From NCBI GenBank assembly GCA_958349055.1, contig CATWBO010000002.1, forward strand, positions 36,539 through 100,538: DNA of 64,000 nt. The letters run 5' to 3'. Below are positions 25,976 through 37,401 of this stretch, piece by piece. A program made the position numbers and the translations under genes. The DNA comes from an uncultured bacterium (GTDB lineage Bacteria > Actinomycetota > Coriobacteriia > Coriobacteriales > Coriobacteriaceae). A model generated the notes under the pieces. The model saw only the letters and a program-made list of their open reading frames with translations, was not told the origin of the DNA and made no database searches. Every line of letters starts with the position of its first letter. Positions within the stretch are counted from its first letter, which is position 1.

Positions 25976-26892
25976 CCTTTGACCTGTACGACACCGTCGA
26001 CTCGTTTATCGCCTATATCGCACGCGTCGAGGGACTTTCTCCCAACACGGTGACGGCCTATGGCTCGAGGCTGGAGCGCTTCGCTGCCTGGTGCGAGCGC
26101 GAGGATATCGATGCATTCGCTGCCGACGTGCGCACCATTCGTCGCTATCTTGCCGAGCTTTCGCGTGAGCAGGTGGCTCCCCGAACGCTTGCGGCGCACC
26201 TGTCGGCTATCCGATCGCTCTATCGTTGGATGGCTGCCGAGGGGATTGTCGAGGGCGATGCGGTCTCGGCGATCGCATCGCCCAAGCTGCCGCGTGACCT
26301 GCCGGGCGTCCTTACGACCCTGCAGGTCGAGGCGCTGCTCAAGACGCCTGATACATCGACGCCTGCGGGACTGCGCGATGCGGCGATGCTCGAGCTGCTC
26401 TATGCATCTGGCGCCCGTATCTCTGAGCTCGCAGCACTCAATGTGGAGTCCATCGCTTGGTCCGAACGCACGTTGCGCCTGTGGGGCAAGGGGGGCAAGG
26501 AACGTATCGTCCCCCTGTATCGTCGTGCGATCGAGGTGACGCGTCTCTATATTGAGGAGGGGAGGCCGGAGTTGCTTGCTCAGGCAAAGCGCCGTGACCT
26601 CGCTACCGGGCCGCATCCGCTGCTTATATCGGCGCGCGGCAATCGCATGAGCGCCGCCATCCTCCGGCGGCGGTTCCATACGCTGGCGACGCTCGCCGGC
26701 ATTCCGGCCGACATCGCCCCGCATGCGATGCGCCATACCTTTGCGACCGACTTGCTCGAGGGCGGTGCGGACCTGCGCTCGGTTCAAGAGCTGCTGGGCC
26801 ATGCGAGCCTGTCCACGACGCAGATCTACACGCATCTCACACCCGATCGGCTTAAGCGGGCTGTGGCTCAAGCCCATCCCCGCGGCGAATAG
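25972..26892 (+). CDS. xerC: Tyrosine recombinase XerC
   Basis: Catalytic residues in ARISEL, WGKGGKER, HAMRHTFATDLL and LLGHASLSTTQIYTH. The first ATG/GTG/TTG in frame is GTG26050. Clear XerC N-terminal homology (FDLYDTVDSFIAYIARVEGLSPNTV) continues upstream to about 25975. I place the start at ATA25972, 9 nt after GGAGG and overlapping the trmFO stop. CTG25984 and GTG26050 are alternatives. Confidence 0.85.
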   Translation: MAFDLYDTVDSFIAYIARVEGLSPNTVTAYGSRLERFAAWCEREDIDAFAADVRTIRRYLAELSREQVAPRTLAAHLSAIRSLYRWMAAEGIVEGDAVSAIASPKLPRDLPGVLTTLQVEALLKTPDTSTPAGLRDAAMLELLYASGARISELAALNVESIAWSERTLRLWGKGGKERIVPLYRRAIEVTRLYIEEGRPELLAQAKRRDLATGPHPLLISARGNRMSAAILRRRFHTLATLAGIPADIAPHAMRHTFATDLLEGGADLRSVQELLGHASLSTTQIYTHLTPDRLKRAVAQAHPRGE

Positions 26893-27111
26893 TGGCTGGG
26901 ACGTCCCGCACCGCGCTCAGGTGTGTGGTTTTGATTGCGGGTTGGCAGGAAGATGCATTCCTGCTATCATTCATCGGGTTGCTTCACGGCAACAGGTTTT
27001 TATCACGCACGCGCGGCTACTTCATGCCGTGGTGCCCGGGCTTTGGTAGCACATGTCCGGGTTGGTTTTGGAGGATGACCCCGCGCGGAGGCAAACCACA
27101 GGAGGTTTAAC

Positions 27112-27840
27112 ATGGCTACCAAGATTAATATCCGCACCCTGCTCGAGGCCGGCTGCCACTTCGGTCACCAGACCCGTCGCTGGAACCCCAAGATGAAGCC
27201 GTTCATCTTCGGTGAGCGCAACGGCATCTACATCCTCGACCTCAAGCAGACCATCCTCGACGCCGACCAGGCCTACACCTTCGTCAGGAACGTCGCCAAG
27301 GGCGGCAACGTGCTGTTCGTCGGCACCAAGAAGCAGGCTCAGGAGGCCGTCAAGAACGCTGCTGAGCGCGCCAACATGCCTTACATCAACCAGCGTTGGC
27401 TCGGCGGCATGCTGACCAACTTCGTCACCATCCGCTCCCGCATCAACCGCATGGAGGAGCTCGAGGCCATGGTCGAGGACGGCCGCATGGCAGTGCTCCC
27501 CAAGAAGGAGCAGGCTGTGCTCGGCAAGGAGCTCACCAAGCTCCAGACCAACCTCGGTGGCGCCCGCGACATGAAGGGTCTGCCCCAGGCTCTCTTCGTC
27601 ATCGACACCAAGCGCGAGGAGAACGCCATCAAGGAGGCTCAGCGCCTGAACATCCCCGTCGTCGCTCTGATCGACACCAACTCCGATCCCGACGAGGTCG
27701 AGTACGGCATCCCCTGCAACGATGACGCTATCTCTGCTGTCACCCTTATGTGCGAGCTCATGGCTGACGCCTGCCTCGCTGGCTCCGGCAAGGAGCAGGT
27801 CTCCGAGGCCGAGATGGCCGCTGAGCCCAAGGCCGAGTAA
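27112..27840 (+). CDS. rpsB: 30S ribosomal protein S2
   Basis: [44 protein letters not shown] is 8 nt upstream. Confidence 0.96.
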   Translation: MATKINIRTLLEAGCHFGHQTRRWNPKMKPFIFGERNGIYILDLKQTILDADQAYTFVRNVAKGGNVLFVGTKKQAQEAVKNAAERANMPYINQRWLGGMLTNFVTIRSRINRMEELEAMVEDGRMAVLPKKEQAVLGKELTKLQTNLGGARDMKGLPQALFVIDTKREENAIKEAQRLNIPVVALIDTNSDPDEVEYGIPCNDDAISAVTLMCELMADACLAGSGKEQVSEAEMAAEPKAE

Positions 27841-27885
27841 ATCAGTCTTAGTTAATTCTTTTTCATCTCTTTGAAAGGAACCACA

Positions 27886-28755
27886 ATGGCCCAGATTACC
27901 GCCGCTATGGTCAAGCAGCTCCGCGAGATGACCGACTCCCCGATGATGGAGTGCAAGAAGGCTCTCGTCGAGGCTGACGGCGACATGGACGCCGCTGTCG
28001 ACGTTCTGCGTAAGAACGGCCTTGCCAAGGCTGCCAAGAAGGCTGGCCGTGAGACCAACGAGGGCGCTGTCGCCGCGTTCGTCTCCGAGGATGGCAAGAC
28101 CGGCGCTCTGCTCGAGCTCTCCTGCGAGACCGACTTCGTTGGCTCCAACGCCAAGTTTACCGGCTTTGCTTCTAAGGTCGCTGAGGTTGTCGCTACCACC
28201 GAGCCTGCTGACGTCGACGCTTTGCTCGAGAAGCCGATGGGCGAGGAGACCGTTTCCTCCGAGCTCACCGAGATGATTCACATCATGGGCGAGAACATGA
28301 AGATTTCCCGCTTCGCCGCCCGCAAGGCCGAGAACGGCGCGCTCGCTTCTTACATCCACATGGGTGGTAAGATCGGCGTCCTCGTCGAGTTCGCCTTCGA
28401 GAAGGCCGAAACCGCTCAGGCTGAGTCCTTCAAGACCTTCGCTCACGACGTTGCCCTTCAGGTTGCCGCCGTCGCACCGATCTGCGCTACCCGCGATCAG
28501 GTTCCGGCCGAGACCGTCGAGCACGAGAAGCAGATCTACATGGCCCAGGCTGCCGAGTCCGGCAAGCCCGAGGCTATCCAGGAGAAGATGGCTGTTGGCC
28601 GTCTGGAGAAGTTCTACAAGCAGTCCGTGCTCACCGAGCAGGAGTTCATCAAGGACAGCTCCCTCACCATCAAGAAGTACGCTGAGCAGGTCTCCAAGGA
28701 GCTCGGCGACACCATTACCGTCGTTGCCTTTGACCGTCTGGTCCGTGGCGAGTAA
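27886..28755 (+). CDS. tsf: Elongation factor Ts
   Basis: MAQITAAMVKQLREMTDSPMMECKKALVEADGDMDAAVDVLRKNG (UBA-like domain). ATG27886 follows GAAAGGAA. Confidence 0.95.
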   Translation: MAQITAAMVKQLREMTDSPMMECKKALVEADGDMDAAVDVLRKNGLAKAAKKAGRETNEGAVAAFVSEDGKTGALLELSCETDFVGSNAKFTGFASKVAEVVATTEPADVDALLEKPMGEETVSSELTEMIHIMGENMKISRFAARKAENGALASYIHMGGKIGVLVEFAFEKAETAQAESFKTFAHDVALQVAAVAPICATRDQVPAETVEHEKQIYMAQAAESGKPEAIQEKMAVGRLEKFYKQSVLTEQEFIKDSSLTIKKYAEQVSKELGDTITVVAFDRLVRGE

Positions 28756-28778
28756 ATAAGCTCTTGTAGCTGGTAATG

Positions 28779-28813
28779 AGCAGGCTGTGGGTTTTACTCA
28801 CAGCCTGCTTTTT
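28779..28813 (+). terminator. Terminator of rpsB-tsf
   Basis: AGCAGGCTGTG (28779-28789) pairs with CACAGCCTGCT (28799-28809), followed by TTTT. Confidence 0.75.
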
Positions 28814-28872
28814 CATGGCTCCCCGTTAAGCCTTTGTTATCATATTGAGAGTCTAATTAAAGGAGGATCGTT

Positions 28873-29595
28873 TTGTCCGACATCCGATACAAACGCGTGC
28901 TTCTGAAGCTTTCCGGCGAAGCGCTGATGGGCGACGGCCACTACGGCATCGACCCCAAGGTTACCGACCATCTTGCCAAGCAGGTCAAGGAGCTGCTCGC
29001 CGTAGGCCATGAGGTCGGCGTTGTTGTCGGCGGCGGCAACATTTTCCGCGGCATGGCCGGCGCTGCCGGTGGCATGGAGCGTGCTCAGGCCGACTACATG
29101 GGCATGCTTGCGACCGTCATGAACGCGCTTGCCCTGCAGGATGCCTTCGAGCATAACGACGTTCCCTGCCGTGTGATGAGCGCTATCCAGATGAACGAGA
29201 TCTGCGAGCCCTATATTCGACGTCGCGCCATCAACCACCTTTCCAAGGGCAACGTCGTTATTTTTGCCGCCGGTTCGGGCAATCCGTACTTTACGACCGA
29301 CACCGCCGCGGCTCTTCGTGCGTGCGAGATCGGCGCCGAGATTCTGATTAAAGCCACCAAGGTTGACGGCATCTACGACAAGGATCCCGTCAAGTGCGCC
29401 GATGCCGTCCGTTTTGACAAGATTACCTATCACGAGGTTCTCGTTCGCGGCCTGCAGGTTATGGATTCCACGGCTACGGCCCTGTGCCAGGATAACCGTA
29501 TGCCTATTTTGGTCCTCAACATCGATGGCGAGGACACCGTCAAACGCGCGCTCGCGGGTGAGCCCGTCGGCACGCTCGTCTATCAGGAGGATTAA
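28873..29595 (+). CDS. pyrH: UMP kinase
   Basis: [23 protein letters not shown] and [18 protein letters not shown] start 4 nt after AAAGGAGGA. Confidence 0.95.
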   Translation: MSDIRYKRVLLKLSGEALMGDGHYGIDPKVTDHLAKQVKELLAVGHEVGVVVGGGNIFRGMAGAAGGMERAQADYMGMLATVMNALALQDAFEHNDVPCRVMSAIQMNEICEPYIRRRAINHLSKGNVVIFAAGSGNPYFTTDTAAALRACEIGAEILIKATKVDGIYDKDPVKCADAVRFDKITYHEVLVRGLQVMDSTATALCQDNRMPILVLNIDGEDTVKRALAGEPVGTLVYQED

Positions 29596-29597
29596 GC

Positions 29598-30134
29598 ATG
29601 GCAGAGAACATCACCGCCCATATGGACAAGTCGCTCGAGTCCCTCAAGCATAACTTCTCCAAGGTTCGTACCGGCCGCGCCAACGCCAACATTCTGTCCG
29701 ACATCACCGTTGATTATTACGGTGTCCCCACGCCGGTCACGCAGGTTGCCGCCGTCAAGACCCCCGAGGCTCACATGCTGCTCATCGAGCCGTGGGACAA
29801 GGCGCTCATCAACGCTATCGTCAAGGCCATCGGCGCTTCCGATCTGGGCATTACCCCCAACTCCGATGGCACCGTCGTTCGTCTGCCGTTCCCGGCCCCC
29901 ACTGAGGAGCGCCGTCGCGAACTCGTCAAGGAGTGCCGCGAGTACGCCGAGCAGGCCAAGGTGTCTATCCGTAACATCCGTCGCGACTTCAACAACAAGC
30001 TCGAGCGCGATGAGGAGCTCACCGAGGACGATGTCCGTCGCGAACAGGCCAAGGTCCAGAAGCACACCGATGAGTATGTCGCCAAGGTCGAGGAGCTTCT
30101 GAAGGAAAAAGAAGCCGAGGTCATGGAGATCTAA
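29598..30134 (+). CDS. frr: Ribosome recycling factor
   Basis: FSKVRTGRANANILSDITVDYYG and IRNIRRD. 178 aa. Confidence 0.95.
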   Translation: MAENITAHMDKSLESLKHNFSKVRTGRANANILSDITVDYYGVPTPVTQVAAVKTPEAHMLLIEPWDKALINAIVKAIGASDLGITPNSDGTVVRLPFPAPTEERRRELVKECREYAEQAKVSIRNIRRDFNNKLERDEELTEDDVRREQAKVQKHTDEYVAKVEELLKEKEAEVMEI

Positions 30135-30135
30135 G

Positions 30136-30930
30136 GTGCAATACGACGAGCATAAACTGGTCGAGTACTTTGCCGACGCCCCTGCGGGCGTCGGTTTTTC
30201 CGACCTTGACCTCAATAACATTCCGCACCATATCTCGTGCATCATGGACGGCAACGGTCGTTGGGCCACGTCGCGCGGTCTTGCACGCACCGAGGGTCAT
30301 AAGGCAGGTATCGTCTCGCTGCGCGAGATCATTACCGCCTGCGTGCGCCTGGGCGTCGACGTGCTTTCTGCCTATGCGTTTTCTACCGAAAACTGGAACC
30401 GTCCGCAGCATGAGGTCAACGTCTTGATGCATCTGTTTGCCAAGACGTTTATCGACGAGCTGCCGCTTCTGAAGCGCGAAAACGTGCGTGTTGTCTTTTT
30501 GGGTGACATTTCCGCGCTGCCCAAGAAGACCCGCGACGTTTTTGAACGCGGTCTAGCCGAGTGCGCCGATCACACCGGTATGACGCTGGCGCTTGCCGTC
30601 AACTACGGCGCGCGTGCCGAGATTACCCGCGCTGTCCGTCAGATCGTACTCGACGCTGCCGCCGGTAAGATCGATCCCGCTGCAATTGATGACGATATGG
30701 TGGCTTCCCACCTCTATACCGCCGGTCTTCCCGATCCTGAGCTTGTGATTCGCACCTCTGGTGAGCTGCGCCTTTCGAACTATCTGCTGTGGCAGGTGGC
30801 TTATTCCGAGTTCTACGTCACCGATACCTATTGGCCCGACTTTGATCGTTGGGGCCTTGTCGACGCCATTTTGGCCTATCAGGGCCGTGACCGTAGGTTT
30901 GGTGGACTGAGCAAGTCCGAGGAGGCTTAA
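30136..30930 (+). CDS. uppS: Isoprenyl transferase (undecaprenyl diphosphate synthase family)
   Basis: HISCIMDGNGRWA, AFSTENWNRP, RTSGELRLSNYLLWQ. GTG start 1 nt after the frr stop. Confidence 0.93.
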   Translation: MQYDEHKLVEYFADAPAGVGFSDLDLNNIPHHISCIMDGNGRWATSRGLARTEGHKAGIVSLREIITACVRLGVDVLSAYAFSTENWNRPQHEVNVLMHLFAKTFIDELPLLKRENVRVVFLGDISALPKKTRDVFERGLAECADHTGMTLALAVNYGARAEITRAVRQIVLDAAAGKIDPAAIDDDMVASHLYTAGLPDPELVIRTSGELRLSNYLLWQVAYSEFYVTDTYWPDFDRWGLVDAILAYQGRDRRFGGLSKSEEA

Positions 30931-30932
30931 TC

Positions 30933-31832
30933 GTGTCCGATCGTCCCAAGGCAACTGCTCCCAAGATGCCTGAGCGTAAGGCTGCCACTGCGGGAGCGCC
31001 TGCAGCGAAGAGCGGCACCGGTTCGTGGCTGGCGGGCTTTATTACCCGTGCCGCCGCCGGTATCATCTACGCCGTTGTCTTTATCCTGTGCCTGGTTTTG
31101 GGCATTGTGCCCACGGCCATCTTCGTGTCCGTCATGAGCGGTCTGTGCTGCTATGAGTTCTTCCGCATGACGAGGCTCGATGGCAAGGTTGCCAATGAGC
31201 GCTTGGGTATCGCTGCTGCCGTGCTCTTTCCGCTCTCGGCGCTGGGCGATTCGATGCTGCTGAATGCCCTGCTTTTTGCCCTGATGCTCGCGGTGGGTAT
31301 CTGGTATGTTTGGTCGCCGCGCACCCGTATCTCGGATGTCGCCGTGACGCTTATGGGTCCTATCTACACCGGCTTTATGCTGTCGGCCATCGTGCTGCTG
31401 CGAGACGCCGTGCCCGGCTTTGCCGGCGCCCTGCTTTCAGTGGGCGTGTGCGCGTCCCTCTGGGTCTCTGATTCGTTTGCCTACATCGTGGGCAGCCGTA
31501 TCGGCAAGCATAAGATGGTTCCCAAGATTTCTCCCAAAAAGAGCTGGGAAGGCTTTGTCGGCGGTATCCTGGGCTCGGTTTTGATCTGGCTTATCCTGTG
31601 GGCCACGCATTTCTATAAGCTGAGCCTGCCCTATGCGTTACTGTGCGGCGTGGTCGTCTCCATCTTGGGTGTTATCGGCGACCTCATTGAGTCGCGCATC
31701 AAGCGTGGCGTGGGCGTCAAGGATTCCGGCAACCTTATCCCGGGTCATGGCGGCATGCTCGACCGTAGCGATTCGCTCATCTTTGGCTGCATCACCGCGC
31801 AGCTGCTCCTGATGATCGGAGGCGTGCTGTAA
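30933..31832 (+). CDS. cdsA: Phosphatidate cytidylyltransferase
   Basis: Polytopic protein with the CdsA signature SWEGFVGG...GDLIESRIKRGVGVKDSGNLIPGHGGMLDRSDS. Confidence 0.92.
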   Translation: MSDRPKATAPKMPERKAATAGAPAAKSGTGSWLAGFITRAAAGIIYAVVFILCLVLGIVPTAIFVSVMSGLCCYEFFRMTRLDGKVANERLGIAAAVLFPLSALGDSMLLNALLFALMLAVGIWYVWSPRTRISDVAVTLMGPIYTGFMLSAIVLLRDAVPGFAGALLSVGVCASLWVSDSFAYIVGSRIGKHKMVPKISPKKSWEGFVGGILGSVLIWLILWATHFYKLSLPYALLCGVVVSILGVIGDLIESRIKRGVGVKDSGNLIPGHGGMLDRSDSLIFGCITAQLLLMIGGVL

Positions 31833-33019
31833 TGGCTCATCAGACGACGTATGGCCCCGATGGGCGTCTCCGCGTTGCCATTCTGGGCTGCACGGGTTCT
31901 ATCGGCACCCAGGCGCTCGATGTATGCCGTCAGCATGCCGATCGCCTTCAGGTGACGGCGCTGTCCGTCAACTCCAGCACTTCCGAGCTTGTTGCGGCTG
32001 CCCGTGAGTTCTCGGTTCCGGCGGTTGCCGTGGCCGATGCCGCTCATGGTGAAGACGCCGTGCTGCAGGAGTTGCCCGCGGGCACCGAGCTCGGCGTTGG
32101 TGCGCAGGCGGTCTGCGAGCTTGCATGTCGCGATGATGTCGACTGCGTGCTTGTTGCCATTGTGGGGGCGGCGGGTCTCGAGGCGAGCCATGCGGCCCTG
32201 ACTTCGAACAAGCGCCTTGCTCTGGCCAACAAAGAGTCGCTCGTCGTTGGCGGCGATCTGCTTATGCCGTTGGCGCAGCCAGGTCAGCTTATTCCGGTCG
32301 ACTCTGAGCATTCCGCCATCTACCAGTGCTATCTGGGGGAGAACCCGCGCGAGGCCCACTGCATTTGGCTCACCTGCTCGGGCGGTCCGTTCTTTGGCCG
32401 CACGCGCGACGAGCTCGATTGCGTGACGCGGGCCGATGCCCTCGCGCATCCCACGTGGGCCATGGGTGCCAAGATCACCATTGACTCCGCCACCCTCATG
32501 AACAAGGGCCTGGAGCGCATTGAGGCCATGCATCTGTTTAACTGCGACCTCGATTTCATTAACGTGGTCGTGCAGCGTCAGTCCAAGATTCACTCTATGG
32601 TCGAGTTCGCCGACGGCTCCGTGATGGCGCATCTCGGTGCATCCGACATGCGTATTCCCATCCAGTTCGCGTTCTCGTATCCCGAGCGTTGGGATACCCC
32701 GGCGCCTCGTATCGATTTCCGCGAGCTGGGGCAGCTCACGTTTGATGCTGCCGACATGGATACCTTCCGCTGTCTGGCACTGGCTGAGCGTGCCGGCAAG
32801 ACGGGTGGCACCATGCCGTGCGTGCTCAATGCCGCCAACGAGGTCGCCGTTGATGCCTTCCTGCACGATGGCTGCAGCTTTACCGATATCGATCGCATTG
32901 TGGAATCCTGCATGGACGCCCACGATATGCAGGCGGTCGATTCGTTTGAGCAGCTTCGCGACATCGATGCGTGGGCGCGTGAAAAGGCTGCGCAGGTGCT
33001 CGCCGCAACCCGTTCCTAA
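31832..33019 (+). CDS. dxr: 1-deoxy-D-xylulose 5-phosphate reductoisomerase
   Basis: VAILGCTGSIGTQALDV, LANKESLV, DSEHSAIYQC and HPTWAMGAKITIDSATLMNKGLE. The start overlaps the cdsA stop (TAATG). Confidence 0.95.
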   Translation: MAHQTTYGPDGRLRVAILGCTGSIGTQALDVCRQHADRLQVTALSVNSSTSELVAAAREFSVPAVAVADAAHGEDAVLQELPAGTELGVGAQAVCELACRDDVDCVLVAIVGAAGLEASHAALTSNKRLALANKESLVVGGDLLMPLAQPGQLIPVDSEHSAIYQCYLGENPREAHCIWLTCSGGPFFGRTRDELDCVTRADALAHPTWAMGAKITIDSATLMNKGLERIEAMHLFNCDLDFINVVVQRQSKIHSMVEFADGSVMAHLGASDMRIPIQFAFSYPERWDTPAPRIDFRELGQLTFDAADMDTFRCLALAERAGKTGGTMPCVLNAANEVAVDAFLHDGCSFTDIDRIVESCMDAHDMQAVDSFEQLRDIDAWAREKAAQVLAATRS

Positions 33020-33044
33020 CCCATAAGGATTGCTTTTTCGTTTT

Positions 33045-34406
33045 ATGGATACTGTTCTGAGCGTTCTCTCATCGGTCTTTTGGGGCCTTCTGATGCTTTC
33101 CGTCCTCGTGTTTTTGCACGAGGGCGGCCACTTTTTGGCGGCGCGTGCCTGCGGCGTCCGCGTGACCGAGTTCTTTTTGGGCCTGCCGTGTCGCTTTGAC
33201 ATCCATTACACGTCGCGTCGCATTGGAACCAAGTTTGGCGTGACCCCGCTGCTGCTGGGTGGCTATGCTGCCATTTGTGGCATGGATCCGACCGACGTCT
33301 CGTGTGCCGACCGCGTGCTTGCTGCCATCTATCGTCACGGCCGTGTGACGGTGGCCGACCTTGCTGTCGAGCTCGAGCTTTCCGAGGAGGATGTGCTCGA
33401 GGCATGCGCCCTTTTGCTGGGCTGGGGCTCCATCGCACCCTGGTATGAGGAAGGGGAGAAGCCCTCGCCGAGCTACTATCCCACCAAATATCAGACGTTG
33501 CCGCGAGACACGGCAGGCTATACCACCTTTGATGGTCGCCGTTTCGATCGCGAACATGCGACTGCCGAGGGCGATGTGTGGGAGCTGCCGTGCGGCGAGG
33601 CCGAGTTCCTTGCGCAAGAGCGCTCGCGCACCTATCTTGGCCAAGGCTTTCTCAAGCGTGCCTTTATGCTGCTCGCGGGCATTATCGTCAATATCTTGAC
33701 GGGTTTTTTGCTCCTTATGAGCATCTATTCCATTGCGGGTGTCACCGTGCCGATGGATACCAACGTGATCGGTCAGGTTGACGAGGGGTCTATTGCCGCC
33801 AAGGCGGGTATCGAGGCCGGTGATGCGATCCTTTCGGTTGACGGTGTCTCATGTTCCACTTGGATGGATGTCTACGATGCCATCGGCAAGGCCGCCGGTA
33901 AGGACGATATTGCTATTGAGTATGAGCGCGATGGCAAGCAGTACTCGACCTCGGTCGCACTCAAAGAGAACGAACGCCTGGGCGTTTATGCCTCTACGCA
34001 GGTGGTTCGTTTGGACCCCATCACCTCGGCGCGCCTCTCCTTCTCCTATGTTGCGCAGACGGCGGAGGGTGTGCTACGCCTGCTCCAGCCACAGCATACG
34101 ATGGAGATCCTCGATCAGTCCTCCTCGATCGTGGGTATTAGCGTCATGTCTTCGCAGGCAGCTGCTGCCGGCCCCATCACGTTCTTGTCGTTTGCCGCGC
34201 TCATCTCGTTCTCGCTGGGCTTTATGAACTTGCTGCCTATTCCGCCGCTCGACGGCGGCAAGTTGGTCATCGAGATCATTCAAAAGATTGCTGGCCGCGA
34301 GCTGCCGCTCAAGGTCCAGACGATTGTGAGCTATGTGGGCATCGCACTCTTCGCACTGCTGTTTGTCTATATGCTTCGTTCCGACATCCTTCGATTTATC
34401 CTGTAG
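33045..34406 (+). CDS. rseP: RIP metalloprotease RseP (site-2 protease) with PDZ domain
   Basis: HEGGHFLAAR (HExxH) in TM1, a PDZ domain (GSIAAKAGIEAGDAILSVDG), and C-terminal NLLPIPPLDGG. ATG33045 preferred; TTG33030 is an alternative. Confidence 0.88.
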   Translation: MDTVLSVLSSVFWGLLMLSVLVFLHEGGHFLAARACGVRVTEFFLGLPCRFDIHYTSRRIGTKFGVTPLLLGGYAAICGMDPTDVSCADRVLAAIYRHGRVTVADLAVELELSEEDVLEACALLLGWGSIAPWYEEGEKPSPSYYPTKYQTLPRDTAGYTTFDGRRFDREHATAEGDVWELPCGEAEFLAQERSRTYLGQGFLKRAFMLLAGIIVNILTGFLLLMSIYSIAGVTVPMDTNVIGQVDEGSIAAKAGIEAGDAILSVDGVSCSTWMDVYDAIGKAAGKDDIAIEYERDGKQYSTSVALKENERLGVYASTQVVRLDPITSARLSFSYVAQTAEGVLRLLQPQHTMEILDQSSSIVGISVMSSQAAAAGPITFLSFAALISFSLGFMNLLPIPPLDGGKLVIEIIQKIAGRELPLKVQTIVSYVGIALFALLFVYMLRSDILRFIL

Positions 34407-34419
34407 GGGAGTGTTTGGA

Positions 34420-35502
34420 TTGTCTCTATCCCATTCTTTGCCGCGCGAGCTGACGCGCCCCGTGCATGTGGGCGGCGTGCAGATCGGCGGCGGCGCGCCG
34501 GTCGTGGTTCAGTCTATGACCTGCACCGATACCACCGATGCTCAGGCAACGCTTGGGCAGGTTCGCGCGTTGGCGCGGGCGGGCTGCGATATCGTGCGCG
34601 TGAGCGTGCCCACCGAGGCCGCGCTCGAGGGCTTCCGTACCATCTGTGCTGAGTCCCCGGTGCCGATTGTCGCCGATATTCACTTTAACCATAAGCTCGC
34701 CATCGGCGCCGTCGAGGCTGGTGCCGCCAAGCTGCGCATCAATCCCGGTAATATCGGCGATTGGGCTAAGGTCGATGCCGTCATCGACGCTGCCGGCGCT
34801 GCGGGCTGTGCGATTCGCATCGGTGTCAACGCCGGCTCGCTCGAGCAGGATATCGCCGAGCGCGATGACCTTACGCAGCCCGAAAAGCTTGTAATGTCGA
34901 GCGAGCGCTTTGTGCGGCACTTTGAGCACCGTGGGTTTACCAACATCGTGCTTTCTGCCAAGGCCCATAGCGTACAGACGACGCTTGATACCTATCGCGC
35001 CCTGTCGCGCGAGATACCGCATGTTCCGCTCCACCTGGGCGTGACGGAGGCGGGGACCAAGCTTCAGGGCACCATCAAGAGCTCTGTAGGCTTGGGTATC
35101 TTGCTTTCCGAAGGCATCGGCGACACCATGCGTGTGTCGCTCACGGCCGATCCGGTTGAGGAGCCGCCGGTCGCCTGGGGAATTCTGCAGTCACTGGGCC
35201 TGCGTCGCCGTGGTCCCGAGATTGTCTCTTGCCCCACGTGCGCCCGCTGCCAGGTTAACCTGATTCCCATCGCCGAGGAAGTAACCGAGCGGCTTAAGAA
35301 CTATGCCGCGCCGCTTTCGATTGCCGTCATGGGATGTGCCGTTAATGGCCCCGGTGAGGCTTCTGATGCCGACCTGGGCGTTGCTTGCGGACGTGGTCAG
35401 GCCTTGCTCTTTTCGCATGGCCAGATCATTGGTAAAGTAGCTGAGGACCAAATTGTCGACGCGCTTATGGCCGAGGTCGACAAGCTTATTGAGGAGAAGT
35501 AA
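34420..35502 (+). CDS. ispG: 4-hydroxy-3-methylbut-2-enyl diphosphate synthase
   Basis: TRPVHVGGVQIGGGAPVVVQSMT, RINPGNIG, and the Cys ligands SCPTCARC...GCAVNGPGE. Start is TTG34420 or GTG34411. The ORF-track start at 34333 lies inside rseP. Confidence 0.92.
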   Translation: MSLSHSLPRELTRPVHVGGVQIGGGAPVVVQSMTCTDTTDAQATLGQVRALARAGCDIVRVSVPTEAALEGFRTICAESPVPIVADIHFNHKLAIGAVEAGAAKLRINPGNIGDWAKVDAVIDAAGAAGCAIRIGVNAGSLEQDIAERDDLTQPEKLVMSSERFVRHFEHRGFTNIVLSAKAHSVQTTLDTYRALSREIPHVPLHLGVTEAGTKLQGTIKSSVGLGILLSEGIGDTMRVSLTADPVEEPPVAWGILQSLGLRRRGPEIVSCPTCARCQVNLIPIAEEVTERLKNYAAPLSIAVMGCAVNGPGEASDADLGVACGRGQALLFSHGQIIGKVAEDQIVDALMAEVDKLIEEK

Positions 35503-37224
<1,722 letters not shown>

Positions 37225-37326
37225 TCGACGGCATCGCCGATAGCTGTATTTCGGGGCGGTCCCGCATTTCTCCAAACAGGGGAGATACGGGACTGTTCTT
37301 TTGCTCATCAATATATTCGAATCCTA

Positions 37327-37370
37327 AAAGGAAAACCCCACAGCCCAAACGAGCTGCGGGGTTTTCCTTT
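37327..37370. terminator. Bidirectional terminator between proS (+) and the kinase-fold gene (-)
   Basis: AAAGGAAAACCCCACAGC (37327-37344) pairs with GCTGCGGGGTTTTCCTTT (37353-37370). One mismatch. A/T tracts on both sides. Confidence 0.75.
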
Positions 37371-37401
37371 GTGCCTCCGATGCGAATAAATCGCTCAGAT
37401 A

